Part shown: positions 33,680 through 42,642 of the stretch, in pieces
How positions within the stretch are numbered: the first letter of the stretch is position 1
Layout of the letters: each line of letters opens with the position of its first letter
Assembly: GCA_965226885.1 (NCBI GenBank)
Contig: CBDDEL010000013.1
Location: 128,001 to 192,000 of the forward strand
Reading direction: 5' to 3'
DNA: 64,000 bases
From: Opitutales bacterium
GTDB taxonomy: Bacteria > Verrucomicrobiota > Verrucomicrobiia > Opitutales > UBA2987
Program-made: the position numbers and the translations under genes
Notes under the pieces: generated by a model
The model's database searches: none
The model's input: the letters and a program-made list of their open reading frames with translations, nothing else
What the model was told of the DNA's origin: nothing

Positions 33680-35161
33680 ATGAAAAATATAGCCATCCAA
33701 TGCCTCCTGCGTCCAGCTTTAACTGTGGTCGACCGGTGCCTCGATTACGATAACTTCCGCGCCACCATTGATCGAATCGATCGGCTGCTGATCGACTCGG
33801 AGGTGGAATCGCAGGCCATTGAGCTGGCCTTGGAGGGGTGGCCGCCAATGGGTCTAAAGGCCCGGCGGCAGCGGGCCAGTTTTGCCATCAAGGCACTGCG
33901 CATGGATACGCTGGGCCGTCTGCTCGGAGGGATTTCGTTTCGGCATTTGTCGCGGGCTCTGGGCAGCAGCGATCTGTTGGCCGACTTTTGCCGTGTCCGG
34001 CAGATCGATGGCATCAGGGGCATCTCCAAAAGCACCCTGGAGCGGGCCTCGAAGTTTTTCAGCGAAGAGCAGTTGAGGGCCTTGCACCGGACCTTGACTG
34101 AGGTGGTGGGCGATGCCCTTCTGGCCCGGCAGGTGGGATTGGACAAGCCGATTGACACCACCATTTGCCTGATCGACGGCACCTGTTTGGAGGCTAACAT
34201 TCATTGGCCGACGGACTGGGTATTACTCAAGGATGTAGCCGGCACGTTGCTCAAAGCGATCCGGCTGATCCGCGAGAAGGCCGGTGTGCGCCATCGCATG
34301 CCGATCGAACCGGAGCCCTTGGCTCGGCAGATGAATCGGCTGTGCATACAGATGACCCACAGCCGGCGGCGAAAGGACAGCGCGCGGCAGCGCAAGGGTA
34401 TCTTGAGGCAGATGAAAAAGCTGCTCAAACGGATCGGGGAGCATGCCCGCAGTCACCGGGAATTATTGCAAGCCTGCTGGGAGCAAAGCGATTACAGCGA
34501 AAAACAGGTCCAACAGATCCTCGCCCGGATGGAGCGCATGAGCGAGCAAATCCCGGTGGTCATCAAACAGGCGCACGAGCGGATCATTGGCGGCCGCCAG
34601 GTGAAAAACGCAGAGAAAGTCTTGAGTGTTTACGAACTCGATGTGCAGGTGATTGTGCGAGGTAAAGCGGGCCAAGAGGTCGAGTTCGGCAACACCCTGT
34701 TTTTGGGAGAAAGCGTTGAAGGGTACCTGCTGGACTGGAAACTCTACGGCAGCCGAACTCCAAGCGAAAATGAACAAATGCAAGAGAGTTTGCAAAGACA
34801 GAACCGCTTCAACCTGGAAGAACCCATAGCGGCCATGTGCGCGGACCGGGGATTTGCCTCCCAGCGGGCCCGCCGGCAGTTAGCCCAGGAGGGAATCTAC
34901 GACGCGCTCTGTCCACGCGATCCGAAGCAGTTGAAAAACCGGATGGAGGAACCACTGTTCAGACAATTGCAAAAGCGCCGGGCCAGCACCGAAGGGCGGA
35001 TCGGGGTATTGAAGAATCGCTGGCAGGCCGGGCGGTTGCGCAGCAAAGGCTTTGCCAACCGCTCGATCAGCGTAGCCTGGTCGGTACTCTCGCACAACCT
35101 ATGGAAAGTAGCCAAGATGCTGGCCCAGCAAGACGAACTAAAAACCAAAGCGGCGGCCTAG
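33680..35161 (+). CDS. DDE transposase, IS5-like, copy 2 (intact ORF)
   Basis: 493 aa; differs from copy 1 only by KQLKNR versus KQLKKR among the differences I noticed. Confidence 0.88.
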   Translation: MKNIAIQCLLRPALTVVDRCLDYDNFRATIDRIDRLLIDSEVESQAIELALEGWPPMGLKARRQRASFAIKALRMDTLGRLLGGISFRHLSRALGSSDLLADFCRVRQIDGIRGISKSTLERASKFFSEEQLRALHRTLTEVVGDALLARQVGLDKPIDTTICLIDGTCLEANIHWPTDWVLLKDVAGTLLKAIRLIREKAGVRHRMPIEPEPLARQMNRLCIQMTHSRRRKDSARQRKGILRQMKKLLKRIGEHARSHRELLQACWEQSDYSEKQVQQILARMERMSEQIPVVIKQAHERIIGGRQVKNAEKVLSVYELDVQVIVRGKAGQEVEFGNTLFLGESVEGYLLDWKLYGSRTPSENEQMQESLQRQNRFNLEEPIAAMCADRGFASQRARRQLAQEGIYDALCPRDPKQLKNRMEEPLFRQLQKRRASTEGRIGVLKNRWQAGRLRSKGFANRSISVAWSVLSHNLWKVAKMLAQQDELKTKAAA

Positions 35162-36805
35162 AGAGCGGAAAAGCAAGGACAATACTTTTTCACAGCCGTA
35201 CTGTCGGCTCATACAAAGAAAACCAGGCAACCGGACCCCAAAACCAGTATCCTAACGTCATAGGAGAGCAAAGTTGATACTCTCCCAAATGCAAATACCT
35301 CTAAAATGAGCGCCTATCAAAAGCCCTCGCAAAAATCACCCTTTTGGGACAGCCTCTAACTAACTTCGTTGCGGTCGCACCAAGAGAGTATCCGGTCTCG
35401 ACAAAATCCACTGTCGGCGCGCCAAATAATCCGCGTACGGGGCCAGCTTTGGCGAATCCGTTTAACCAGCAATTTGAGGATGGCCCCGGCATGCTTGCTG
35501 GCATCGATCTTGCTCGGCCGCAGGTAGGCCACCAGCAGCTGATCACCGCAAAAAACATATAGCGGCAGAAAACAGTAATGATCATAATAACCGTGGAAAA
35601 AACGTCCCTCCTGGAGCCCGTGCACCGGATTGTCGGTGGCGTCAAAGTCCAGGATGATCTCTTCGGGTTCCTCGGCAAAGGAGCCCATGAACTGTTCGAC
35701 CAACAGCTCGTTTACCGCAAAGGCCGCCCGCCGATCCTGCCCGTTTTCAAAACGACACAAAGTCGGCGCGCTGGCCAACGTTTCAATGCGCCCCGTTACC
35801 GTTTGCAACAATGGCTCGTGGCGCAGGGTATCAAAGTCGTTCAAATCCTCATAGCCCGCCACCAGCCCGTAAACGCGCTGCCGCAGCATCCCCAATACCT
35901 CATGGCGTACTTTGCCCTTCTGCCGTTTGTCCACTAACTGTCGGGCCGCTCGTTCGGTCAAGCCCAACTGCCGATCCACTTCCCGGATCAAAAGCAGTCC
36001 GGCATCCGAAGTAACCTCTCCGCCCTTGAAATCAACCCGCACACGGCGGCCTTTTACCCTTGTCAACTGTAGCTTTAATTATTTACCTTTTGTCATCGCT
36101 GATATTGCTTTAATTATTGATCTATCCTGCTGTATATCAGCAGTTAAGCATATCAACGATACTTTTTTTACGAAATATCCGGGTTAATCATTAACGATGC
36201 GGTTAAGTCTATCAATATCGGCAAGTCGGCAAGAATCGGCAAGAATGTATTCAAGGAATTTGTGCCATTTTTGATTCCGGGTAAAGGCTACATGGCCAAC
36301 CAGGATTATCTTTGGGCGAGCACATCGTTTTTACATATATTCATGTATCTTCTTCGTGACAGTTTTTCCTATGTATATCAGGTTGCTCATTCTTCTATGG
36401 TCATTTTTCGATGTATAAATGAGGTTTCATATGATTTGGAATCATTATCGAAATTGAAAATCGATATGGATCTTATAAACGAAACTTTTGATTGGAGCGA
36501 ATACACCATGAAAGATGTGGACCCACGTTTATTGTATCTTTGTCGCGCCTTCGCATTTCATATAACAGGTTTCAAAGACCACGCAAAATATTATTACCGG
36601 AAAAATAAATTGTATGAAGAAGGGTCCAATCAATTCTACAATATTCAACTGAAGATGCTCCAACAAAGGTGGGCTGACGATTTTTTGCAACCATCCAATT
36701 AGGGTAGGCGGGGAGGGAGAGAATATTTTGTGGGCTTTATCTGCGGAATGCGAATGTAGAAATTAAAAATGTAAATAACAAAGGGACTTGACCTCTGGGC
36801 ACCGC

Positions 36806-37086
36806 AAGTTGGCGAACAGAACTTGCAGGCAAAATGTGCTGGTCAGACCGGTATAGCCAACGCTCTTGTTTTGGCAATATTTCCATTTTCCGGAATTTGA
36901 AAAAAAAGATGCCGCTGGAGGCGAAGGGCATTTTATCATCCAGGCTGATAGAGTCGGGAATAGAGAGAACATCGAAAAGATCTCCAAATTGGAAGTTGGC
37001 GAACGGAACCTGCGGGCAAAATGTGCTGGTCAGACCGGTATGGCCAATGCTCTTTTTTTGGCAATATTTTCATTTGCCGGAATTTG
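36806..37086. repeat. Imperfect 94-bp direct repeat (36806-36899 and 36993-37086), each copy carrying an operator-like box
   Basis: AAGTTGGCGAAC...CAAAATGTGCTGGTCAGACCGGTAT.GCCAA...CCGGAATTTG occurs twice, with a 187-bp period. Confidence 0.9.
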
Positions 37087-37175
37087 CAGAAAGACATTGC
37101 CGGGACTGTGGGATTTTTTTTCTGCGCTGATGAAGTCAGGATTGGAAAAAAACAAAAAGTTAACGAAATAGGGCG

Positions 37176-37228
37176 TTGACAAACCTATTTTGCTGCGCAA
37201 ATTAAACTGGTCATACCGGTAAGACCAG
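37176..37228 (+). promoter_or_regulatory. Sigma70-type promoter with a FadR/GntR-type operator
   Basis: TTGACA at 37176, weak -10 near 37198, and the near-palindrome CTGGTCATACCGGTAAGACCAG at 37207-37228 (two TGGTnnnACC-like boxes). Confidence 0.7.
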
Positions 37229-37297
37229 CTTTGTTTTTGACCTGTTTTCCTTTTCTTTATTATTTGGCGAATCTTTTTTTCTTGGAGGGGTTGATTA

Positions 37298-38002
37298 ATG
37301 ATTTATACTCGACAGAAATCTTCTATTGCACGGGAAACTTTCGATTTCATTGCGGATCGAATTCGGGGGGGTCGCTATGCCCCGGGCGACAAGTTGCCGG
37401 GGGAGCGGTCGTTGGCCAGGCAACTGAGGGTGGGCCGCAATTCCGTGCGGGAGGCCATCCGGCGGCTGGAAACGGCTGGATTGCTGGAAACCCGGCAGGG
37501 GTTGGGATCTTTTGTCAAAGATCCTAGCGGGGAAATCCTGCAAACTGCCTTGATTTCCAATTTTCTGACCGATACGGCCATTCAGGAAAAACTGTTCGAT
37601 CTTCGCCTCATTATTGAAGTTGAGGCCACCGTCAGGGCAGTTCAATGTATCACGCCCGAGCAATTGCAGGATTTACGCCGTTTTCATGAATTGGTGGAAA
37701 AGTGCAGCGCCCGCGGCGATATCGATGGAATGATCGTGGCCGATTTTGAGTTTCACCGCCAGCTTTTGGTGGCCACGGGCAATGATATTTTGGTCAACCT
37801 GATGGATGGCATTATGGACCTGTTGCGGGAGATGCGGCGGGTGGGGGCTGAAATACCGGAATTGCTTTCGGAAAGAATATCGAGCCATCGAGCCATTATC
37901 AAGGCCATTGAAAATGGAGACGGTGAGGCAGCCCGCAGAGCCATGAAAGAACATCTCGAAGGTGTATTCAAAAGGGTAAAATCAATCCGGGAAGATAAAT
38001 GA
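37298..38002 (+). CDS. GntR/FadR-family transcriptional regulator
   Basis: PGDKLPGERSLARQLRVGRNSVREA winged HTH; FCD domain (ADFEFH, ATGN, H..I..AI). Confidence 0.93.
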   Translation: MIYTRQKSSIARETFDFIADRIRGGRYAPGDKLPGERSLARQLRVGRNSVREAIRRLETAGLLETRQGLGSFVKDPSGEILQTALISNFLTDTAIQEKLFDLRLIIEVEATVRAVQCITPEQLQDLRRFHELVEKCSARGDIDGMIVADFEFHRQLLVATGNDILVNLMDGIMDLLREMRRVGAEIPELLSERISSHRAIIKAIENGDGEAARRAMKEHLEGVFKRVKSIREDK

Positions 38003-38024
38003 CCGATGGCGAGGCGATTTGCTG

Positions 38025-38912
38025 ATGAGGGCGTTTGAATACTTCGAGCCCGCTACTTTGTTGGAAGCGGCGGCATTGCTTGAGCGCTATAACGGGCGGG
38101 CCAGCATCCTGGCCGGCGGAACCGATTTGCTGGTTGAAATCAAGGAGCGGATTCGGCTGCCGGACATTGTTATCAACATCAAAAAAGTTCCCGGCCTCGA
38201 CTATTTAAGCTACGATTCCGAAAAGGGTTTGAAGATCGGGTCTCTGGCTACCCTGCGGGAGGTGGAGGTATCCCCTTTGGTGAAGGAAAAATACGCCGGC
38301 CTCTACCGGGCGGCCAGGGAATTGGGGTCGATCCAGGTGCGTAACCGGGCCACCGTGGCGGGAAACATTTGCCGGGCCTCGCCATCGGCCGACACCCTGC
38401 CGCCTTTGATCGCCGATAACGCTGTCATACAAACATTCTGTCCCAATGGGTCGCGGTCGGTTCCTTTGGAAAACTTTTTTACCGGTCCCGGGAAAACGAT
38501 CCTTGGGGAAGGGGAAATATTAACCGAAATCACGGTTCCCAGCCCACCGCCCCATACGGGCAAGGTTTACCTAAAACTGGGCCGCCGGGCGGCCATGGAA
38601 CTGGCCACTGTGGGGGTGGCCGTCAACCTAACGGTGAAGGGGAAACTCTGCCGCCAGGTATGCATCGTATTGGGAGCGGTGGCCCCGACGCCCCTGCGCG
38701 CGACCGAGGCTGAGAACGTCTTATTGGGTAAGGAATTAACGGATGAAGCGCTGGAAAAGGCGGCCCAGTGTGCCCGCCACCAAAGCCGGCCCATCTCCGA
38801 TGTGCGTGGCAGCGCGGATTATAGGCGGGAAATGGTGGGGGTCTTAACCCGTCGAGCCCTCCGCATGGCTTGGACGGCGGCGGAAAATGATAATTTGGAT
38901 AAATCGTCATGA
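38025..38912 (+). CDS. Xanthine dehydrogenase-family FAD-binding subunit
   Basis: AGGTDL, QVRNRATVAGNI, SPSAD, PISDVRGSADYR. Confidence 0.93.
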   Translation: MRAFEYFEPATLLEAAALLERYNGRASILAGGTDLLVEIKERIRLPDIVINIKKVPGLDYLSYDSEKGLKIGSLATLREVEVSPLVKEKYAGLYRAARELGSIQVRNRATVAGNICRASPSADTLPPLIADNAVIQTFCPNGSRSVPLENFFTGPGKTILGEGEILTEITVPSPPPHTGKVYLKLGRRAAMELATVGVAVNLTVKGKLCRQVCIVLGAVAPTPLRATEAENVLLGKELTDEALEKAAQCARHQSRPISDVRGSADYRREMVGVLTRRALRMAWTAAENDNLDKSS

Positions 38913-39394
38913 AGCACATTGTTTCAACAACGATTAACGGAGAGCGACGCGAATTGGCCATTGAGCCGTTCCGCAGTTTGCTCGACGTATTGCGCAACGA
39001 AGCGGAACTAACTGGTTCTAAAAAAGGCTGCGATGTGGGCGACTGTGGAGCCTGCACCGTAATTCTTGACGGGAAGACGGTAAATTCATGCCTCGTTCTG
39101 GGGGTGGAGATCGACGGGCTCGAGTTGACGACAATTGAAGGGTTGGCCGATGAGACTGCGCCGGGCGCCCCATTGCATCCTCTACAGGAGAGCCTTCTCC
39201 AGCATGGGGGGGCGCAGTGCGGGTTTTGCACTCCGGGGATTCTCATGGCGGCCAAGACATTGCTCGATGAAAATCCGCACCCGACCGAAGAAGAGGCGCG
39301 CTTTGCCATTGCGGGCAATCTCTGCCGCTGCACGGGCTACACCAAAATCATTGATGCCATCGTAAATACCCCAGTTGCGGAGGCTACTCCATGA
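38909..39394 (+). CDS. Xanthine dehydrogenase-family 2Fe-2S subunit
   Basis: GCDVGDCGACT...SC and QCGFCTPG...NLCRCTGY. Confidence 0.95.
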   Translation: MKHIVSTTINGERRELAIEPFRSLLDVLRNEAELTGSKKGCDVGDCGACTVILDGKTVNSCLVLGVEIDGLELTTIEGLADETAPGAPLHPLQESLLQHGGAQCGFCTPGILMAAKTLLDENPHPTEEEARFAIAGNLCRCTGYTKIIDAIVNTPVAEATP

Positions 39395-41715
39395 CGCCCA
39401 CAACCGTATTGGAAGCCAAACCTCCCAGTTTGCCCGTTGAGCAGGCAACGGGGGACGGCCTGTCCGTGGTTCACACCAGCCCGCCTCGAATCGACGGGTT
39501 GGAGAAAGTTACCGGTTCGGCTCTCTATGCGGCGGATTACACTCTGCCGGGAATGCTTTATGGAAAAATTCTGCGTAGCGAACAGGCCCATGCCAGGATT
39601 CTAAAAATCGATAAAAGCAAAGCCCTCGCTCTGGAGGGTGTGAAGGCAGTCATCACGCACGAGGACACGCCGAAAGTCCTGCACCCCGGGGCTCCGGCTC
39701 CACGAGTCGGACAACTCGTTGCCGATCAATACGTTCTGGCGGGAAAAGCCCGCTATGCGGGCGACGGCATCGCGGCCGTGGCGGCCACGACCGAGGAAAT
39801 CGCGGAGGAAGCACTCCAATTGTTACAGGTCGATTACGAACCACTCCCGGCTGTTTTCGATACCAATGAGGCCATGAAACCGAATGCTCCCAGCATTCAC
39901 GGCACGGCGGGAAACTTGGTTGGGCCGCCCTTCATCATCGAGCGGGGCGATGTCGAAAAAGGATTTGCCGAGGCGGAAACGATTTTTGAAGCCTATTATG
40001 AAACCGGAAGGCCGGTTCCCTGCTACATGGAGCCCAATGCCTGTCTCTGCCGGTTCGATCGCGGTGGCAAACTGACCATCTGGAGTTCGACCCAGTGCGC
40101 TTTCATGGTCAGGGGCATCTTGAGCCAGGTGCTGGACATTCCAGCCCACGATGTGCGAGTCATTGTCGAGCACATGGGCGGAGGTTTCGGGGCCAAGCAG
40201 GACCTTTACCAGCACGAATTCGTTTGCGCCATCCTGGCTCGTGAGACCCGCCGACCGGTCAAAATGGAATATACCCGCAAGGAAAGTTTTCTGGGCGGCC
40301 GCACCCGGCATCCCACCCGGATTTACCTGAAACAAGGCTTGGCCAAAGACGGCACGCTGACCGCCAGGGAAGCCCGCTACGTTTCCGATACCGGCGGTTA
40401 TGCTTCCCATGGCCTGGGGATCACCGCGGTGGGCTGCCTCGATATCGCCTCCCTTTACCGGTGCGAGGAACACCTTAAAATTGAAGGAATCTCCGTTTAT
40501 ACAAACAACCCCATTTCCGGGGCTTATAGGGGTTTCGGGGCGGTGCAGTCCTATTTTGCCCTGGAAACCCAAATCGACGAAATGGCGGCGGCGCGGGGCG
40601 AAGACCCGATCGATTTCAGGCTCAGGAATGTTGTTGGAGATGGCGACCTGAGCCCTTCCGAGCACAAGATCCGGGGCGATGGTTTGGCCGCTTGTTTGAA
40701 AAGGGGAGTCGTGGAAACGAATTGGCATGAACGTAAGAAATCTGCACTGCCGGGGCATGGATACCTCAGGCGAGGTTGGGGTGTGGCGACCGAGATGCAC
40801 AGCAGCGGCGCCTATCCGGACATCGTTGAGCAGTCCAATGCGGTCGCTAAAATGAACGAGGACGGCACCCTGAACCTCTTGATCGGAATGGCCGATCTGG
40901 GCACCGGAACCCGCACCATGGCGGCTCAAATTGCGGCCGAGGTTTTGGGTGTGCCGCTCGAGGATATAAGCGTGATCGATGGCGATACCGATGTGGCACC
41001 CTTCGATATCGGGGCCTATGCCAGCCGCACCACCTTTGTGGGGGGCGGGGCGGTCCTCAAGGCGGCCAAACATCTTAAACGGCAGTTGTTGGAATTGGCC
41101 TCGAAGAGGATGAATGTCCCCTGGGAAGAAATAATCTTGGGCGGAGGCCGGGCATTTGTGAAGCGCTCGCCCGATCGAGGAATGGCAATCAGAGACCTGG
41201 TGGCGGGAGAGGGTGGACGCCCGCCCCGGACCCTCATCGGCCAGGGAAACAACGAGCCCACCGTGGCCTACTCTTTCGGGGCCCATTTCGCGGAGGTGGA
41301 AGTGGACATTGAAACGGGGCAAATCCGGGTTTTGCAGGTGGTGGCGGTCCATGAAATCGGCCGGGCGATCAACCCTATTGCCGTGGCCGGTCAAATCGAA
41401 GGCGGCATACAGCAGGGATTCGGGCATGCCCTGACCGAAGATTTTATTATCGATAAAAAAACGGGACGGGCCTTGAATCCGAGTTTCGTCGATTACAAGA
41501 TGCCCCTGGCTCTGGACATGCCCAAAATAAAAACCATCATTCTGGAGGAATATCCCGACCCCGGCGGACCGTTCGGAGCCAAAGGCATCGGGGAAGACCC
41601 CATCATCCCTATCGGCCCGGCCATTGGCAACGCCGTTTACGACGCCACCGGGGTCCGCATGAGGGAACTTCCCATCACACCGGAAAAATTTCTTAAGGCG
41701 TTGGCAAAAATCTAA
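39391..41715 (+). CDS. Xanthine dehydrogenase-family molybdopterin-binding subunit (substrate unknown)
   Basis: GGGFGAK, AYRGFG, GAYASR, GQIEGG and AKGIGE (catalytic Glu). Confidence 0.93.
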   Translation: MTPTTVLEAKPPSLPVEQATGDGLSVVHTSPPRIDGLEKVTGSALYAADYTLPGMLYGKILRSEQAHARILKIDKSKALALEGVKAVITHEDTPKVLHPGAPAPRVGQLVADQYVLAGKARYAGDGIAAVAATTEEIAEEALQLLQVDYEPLPAVFDTNEAMKPNAPSIHGTAGNLVGPPFIIERGDVEKGFAEAETIFEAYYETGRPVPCYMEPNACLCRFDRGGKLTIWSSTQCAFMVRGILSQVLDIPAHDVRVIVEHMGGGFGAKQDLYQHEFVCAILARETRRPVKMEYTRKESFLGGRTRHPTRIYLKQGLAKDGTLTAREARYVSDTGGYASHGLGITAVGCLDIASLYRCEEHLKIEGISVYTNNPISGAYRGFGAVQSYFALETQIDEMAAARGEDPIDFRLRNVVGDGDLSPSEHKIRGDGLAACLKRGVVETNWHERKKSALPGHGYLRRGWGVATEMHSSGAYPDIVEQSNAVAKMNEDGTLNLLIGMADLGTGTRTMAAQIAAEVLGVPLEDISVIDGDTDVAPFDIGAYASRTTFVGGGAVLKAAKHLKRQLLELASKRMNVPWEEIILGGGRAFVKRSPDRGMAIRDLVAGEGGRPPRTLIGQGNNEPTVAYSFGAHFAEVEVDIETGQIRVLQVVAVHEIGRAINPIAVAGQIEGGIQQGFGHALTEDFIIDKKTGRALNPSFVDYKMPLALDMPKIKTIILEEYPDPGGPFGAKGIGEDPIIPIGPAIGNAVYDATGVRMRELPITPEKFLKALAKI

Positions 41716-41745
41716 TAATCCATACAAAAAGACTGAAATAAATTT

Positions 41746-42627
41746 ATGAAACCACCCATTATTGATTGTTTAACCCATATCAGCCGGGGGGCTGATGATG
41801 TTGTCGGATGGGGGCCACGGTTTTTGGCCGAGGACCTGATCGCGCAAATGGACGCTCCCCGGAAAATTCTAGGCGAATCCGCCCGAATCGACCAATCAAT
41901 CGTTTTTCCCGCCCTTGGGGAGACGGTTCCCACCTCCGAATTATCTTTCGGGGAGCAACACGAATATGTGCTCGCAAGTGTGCGCAAATACCCCGACCGG
42001 CTGATAGGAGGGGCCATCATCCACGCCCGGCTGTGGAACGACGATGTGGCTGGCCAACTGGAGTCGATGGTGCGGGAGGATAATTTCCGGATGCTTTATA
42101 TTCATCCATCCTTTCATAAATACTGGCTGCCAATTTCCACTCCCAGCGAGAGCGAGGGGTCGAAGCAGTTGCTCTATCCGGTATTCGAGTTTGCCCGCAA
42201 GTGGTCGTTGCCGGTTTTATTGCATACCGGCGAGCCTCCCTATGGATTGCCCGCGACTGTTGAATTCGTGGCCGGTGAATTTCCCGATGTGAGCATGATC
42301 ATCGCCCACATGGGGACCCAGGGGGTGGTTTACACCCTGGAGTCCCTGCTGGTGGCCCAGAATCACCCCAATGTTTTGCTGGAAACCAGTTTTACGCAAT
42401 GCCACATGCTCATTGAGAGCGTTCATTCGCTGGGCTCCGAGCGGGTGCTGTTCGGCAGCAATTGCCCACCCATGGAGCCGACCCAGCAGCTTATGACGGT
42501 GGAGGAGTCCCTCACCCTGGCCCCGCCCATTGGCATGAGTCTCTCTTTTGACAACACCCGCAAAGTGCTCGGCGGGAATCTTGCCGGGCTGATCCAAAAA
42601 ACCGATACGGCAGTAGCCCAACATTAG
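41746..42627 (+). CDS. Amidohydrolase_2-family protein, paralog 1 (degenerate metal site)
   Basis: IIDCLTH, LHTG, IAHMG, FGSNCP, LGGNLA. Confidence 0.8.
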   Translation: MKPPIIDCLTHISRGADDVVGWGPRFLAEDLIAQMDAPRKILGESARIDQSIVFPALGETVPTSELSFGEQHEYVLASVRKYPDRLIGGAIIHARLWNDDVAGQLESMVREDNFRMLYIHPSFHKYWLPISTPSESEGSKQLLYPVFEFARKWSLPVLLHTGEPPYGLPATVEFVAGEFPDVSMIIAHMGTQGVVYTLESLLVAQNHPNVLLETSFTQCHMLIESVHSLGSERVLFGSNCPPMEPTQQLMTVEESLTLAPPIGMSLSFDNTRKVLGGNLAGLIQKTDTAVAQH

Positions 42628-42642
42628 GAAATATTTTTTATC

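Larger units (their letters stand above)
31954..35356 (+). mobile_element. IS5-like element, copy 2 (contains IS1380 copy B in its 5' non-coding region)
   Basis: Same TIRs as 438-2265, TA flanks, opposite orientation. Confidence 0.9.
31377..36096 (-). pseudogene. IS1380 transposase, copy A (nonsense TAA at codon 6, and split by the IS5-like element)
   Basis: Begins ATG ACA AAA GGT AAA TAA; remaining fragments are 35356-36066 and 31377-31943. Confidence 0.85.
31208..36183 (-). mobile_element. IS1380-family element, copy A (interrupted; host of the nest)
   Basis: Ends CCCGGATATTTC / GAAATATCCGGG; flanks TTAG / TTAA. The halves 31208-31953 and 35357-36183 match copy B. Confidence 0.9.
30788..36702 (+). 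pseudogene. Class I SAM-dependent methyltransferase pseudogene split by nested IS elements
   Basis: Removing the 11-bp duplication at 30850-30871 and the IS block gives ...YTGSGCIVEWGCWMGSLT...YDLFE*IKF...WHGARIEL|IINDAVK...FVPFLIPGKGYMANQD..., joining in frame to ORF 36262-36702. Internal TGA at 31033. Confidence 0.7.

Noticed and set aside
36810..36827. Sigma54 promoter TGGCGAACAGAACTTGCA
   Set aside because: GG-to-GC spacing is 12 nt rather than the required 10.
39391..41715. Aerobic CO dehydrogenase (CoxL)
   Set aside because: The active-site loop is AYRGFG, not AYxCSFR (form I) or AYRGAGR (form II), and there are no cox accessory genes.
39823..41727. 634-aa antisense ORF, and similar long shadow ORFs (22569-23621, 16533-17663, 42217-43137, 50618-51520)
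   Set aside because: They lie antisense to well-supported genes, have no recognisable motifs, and are expected from codon bias in GC-rich genes.
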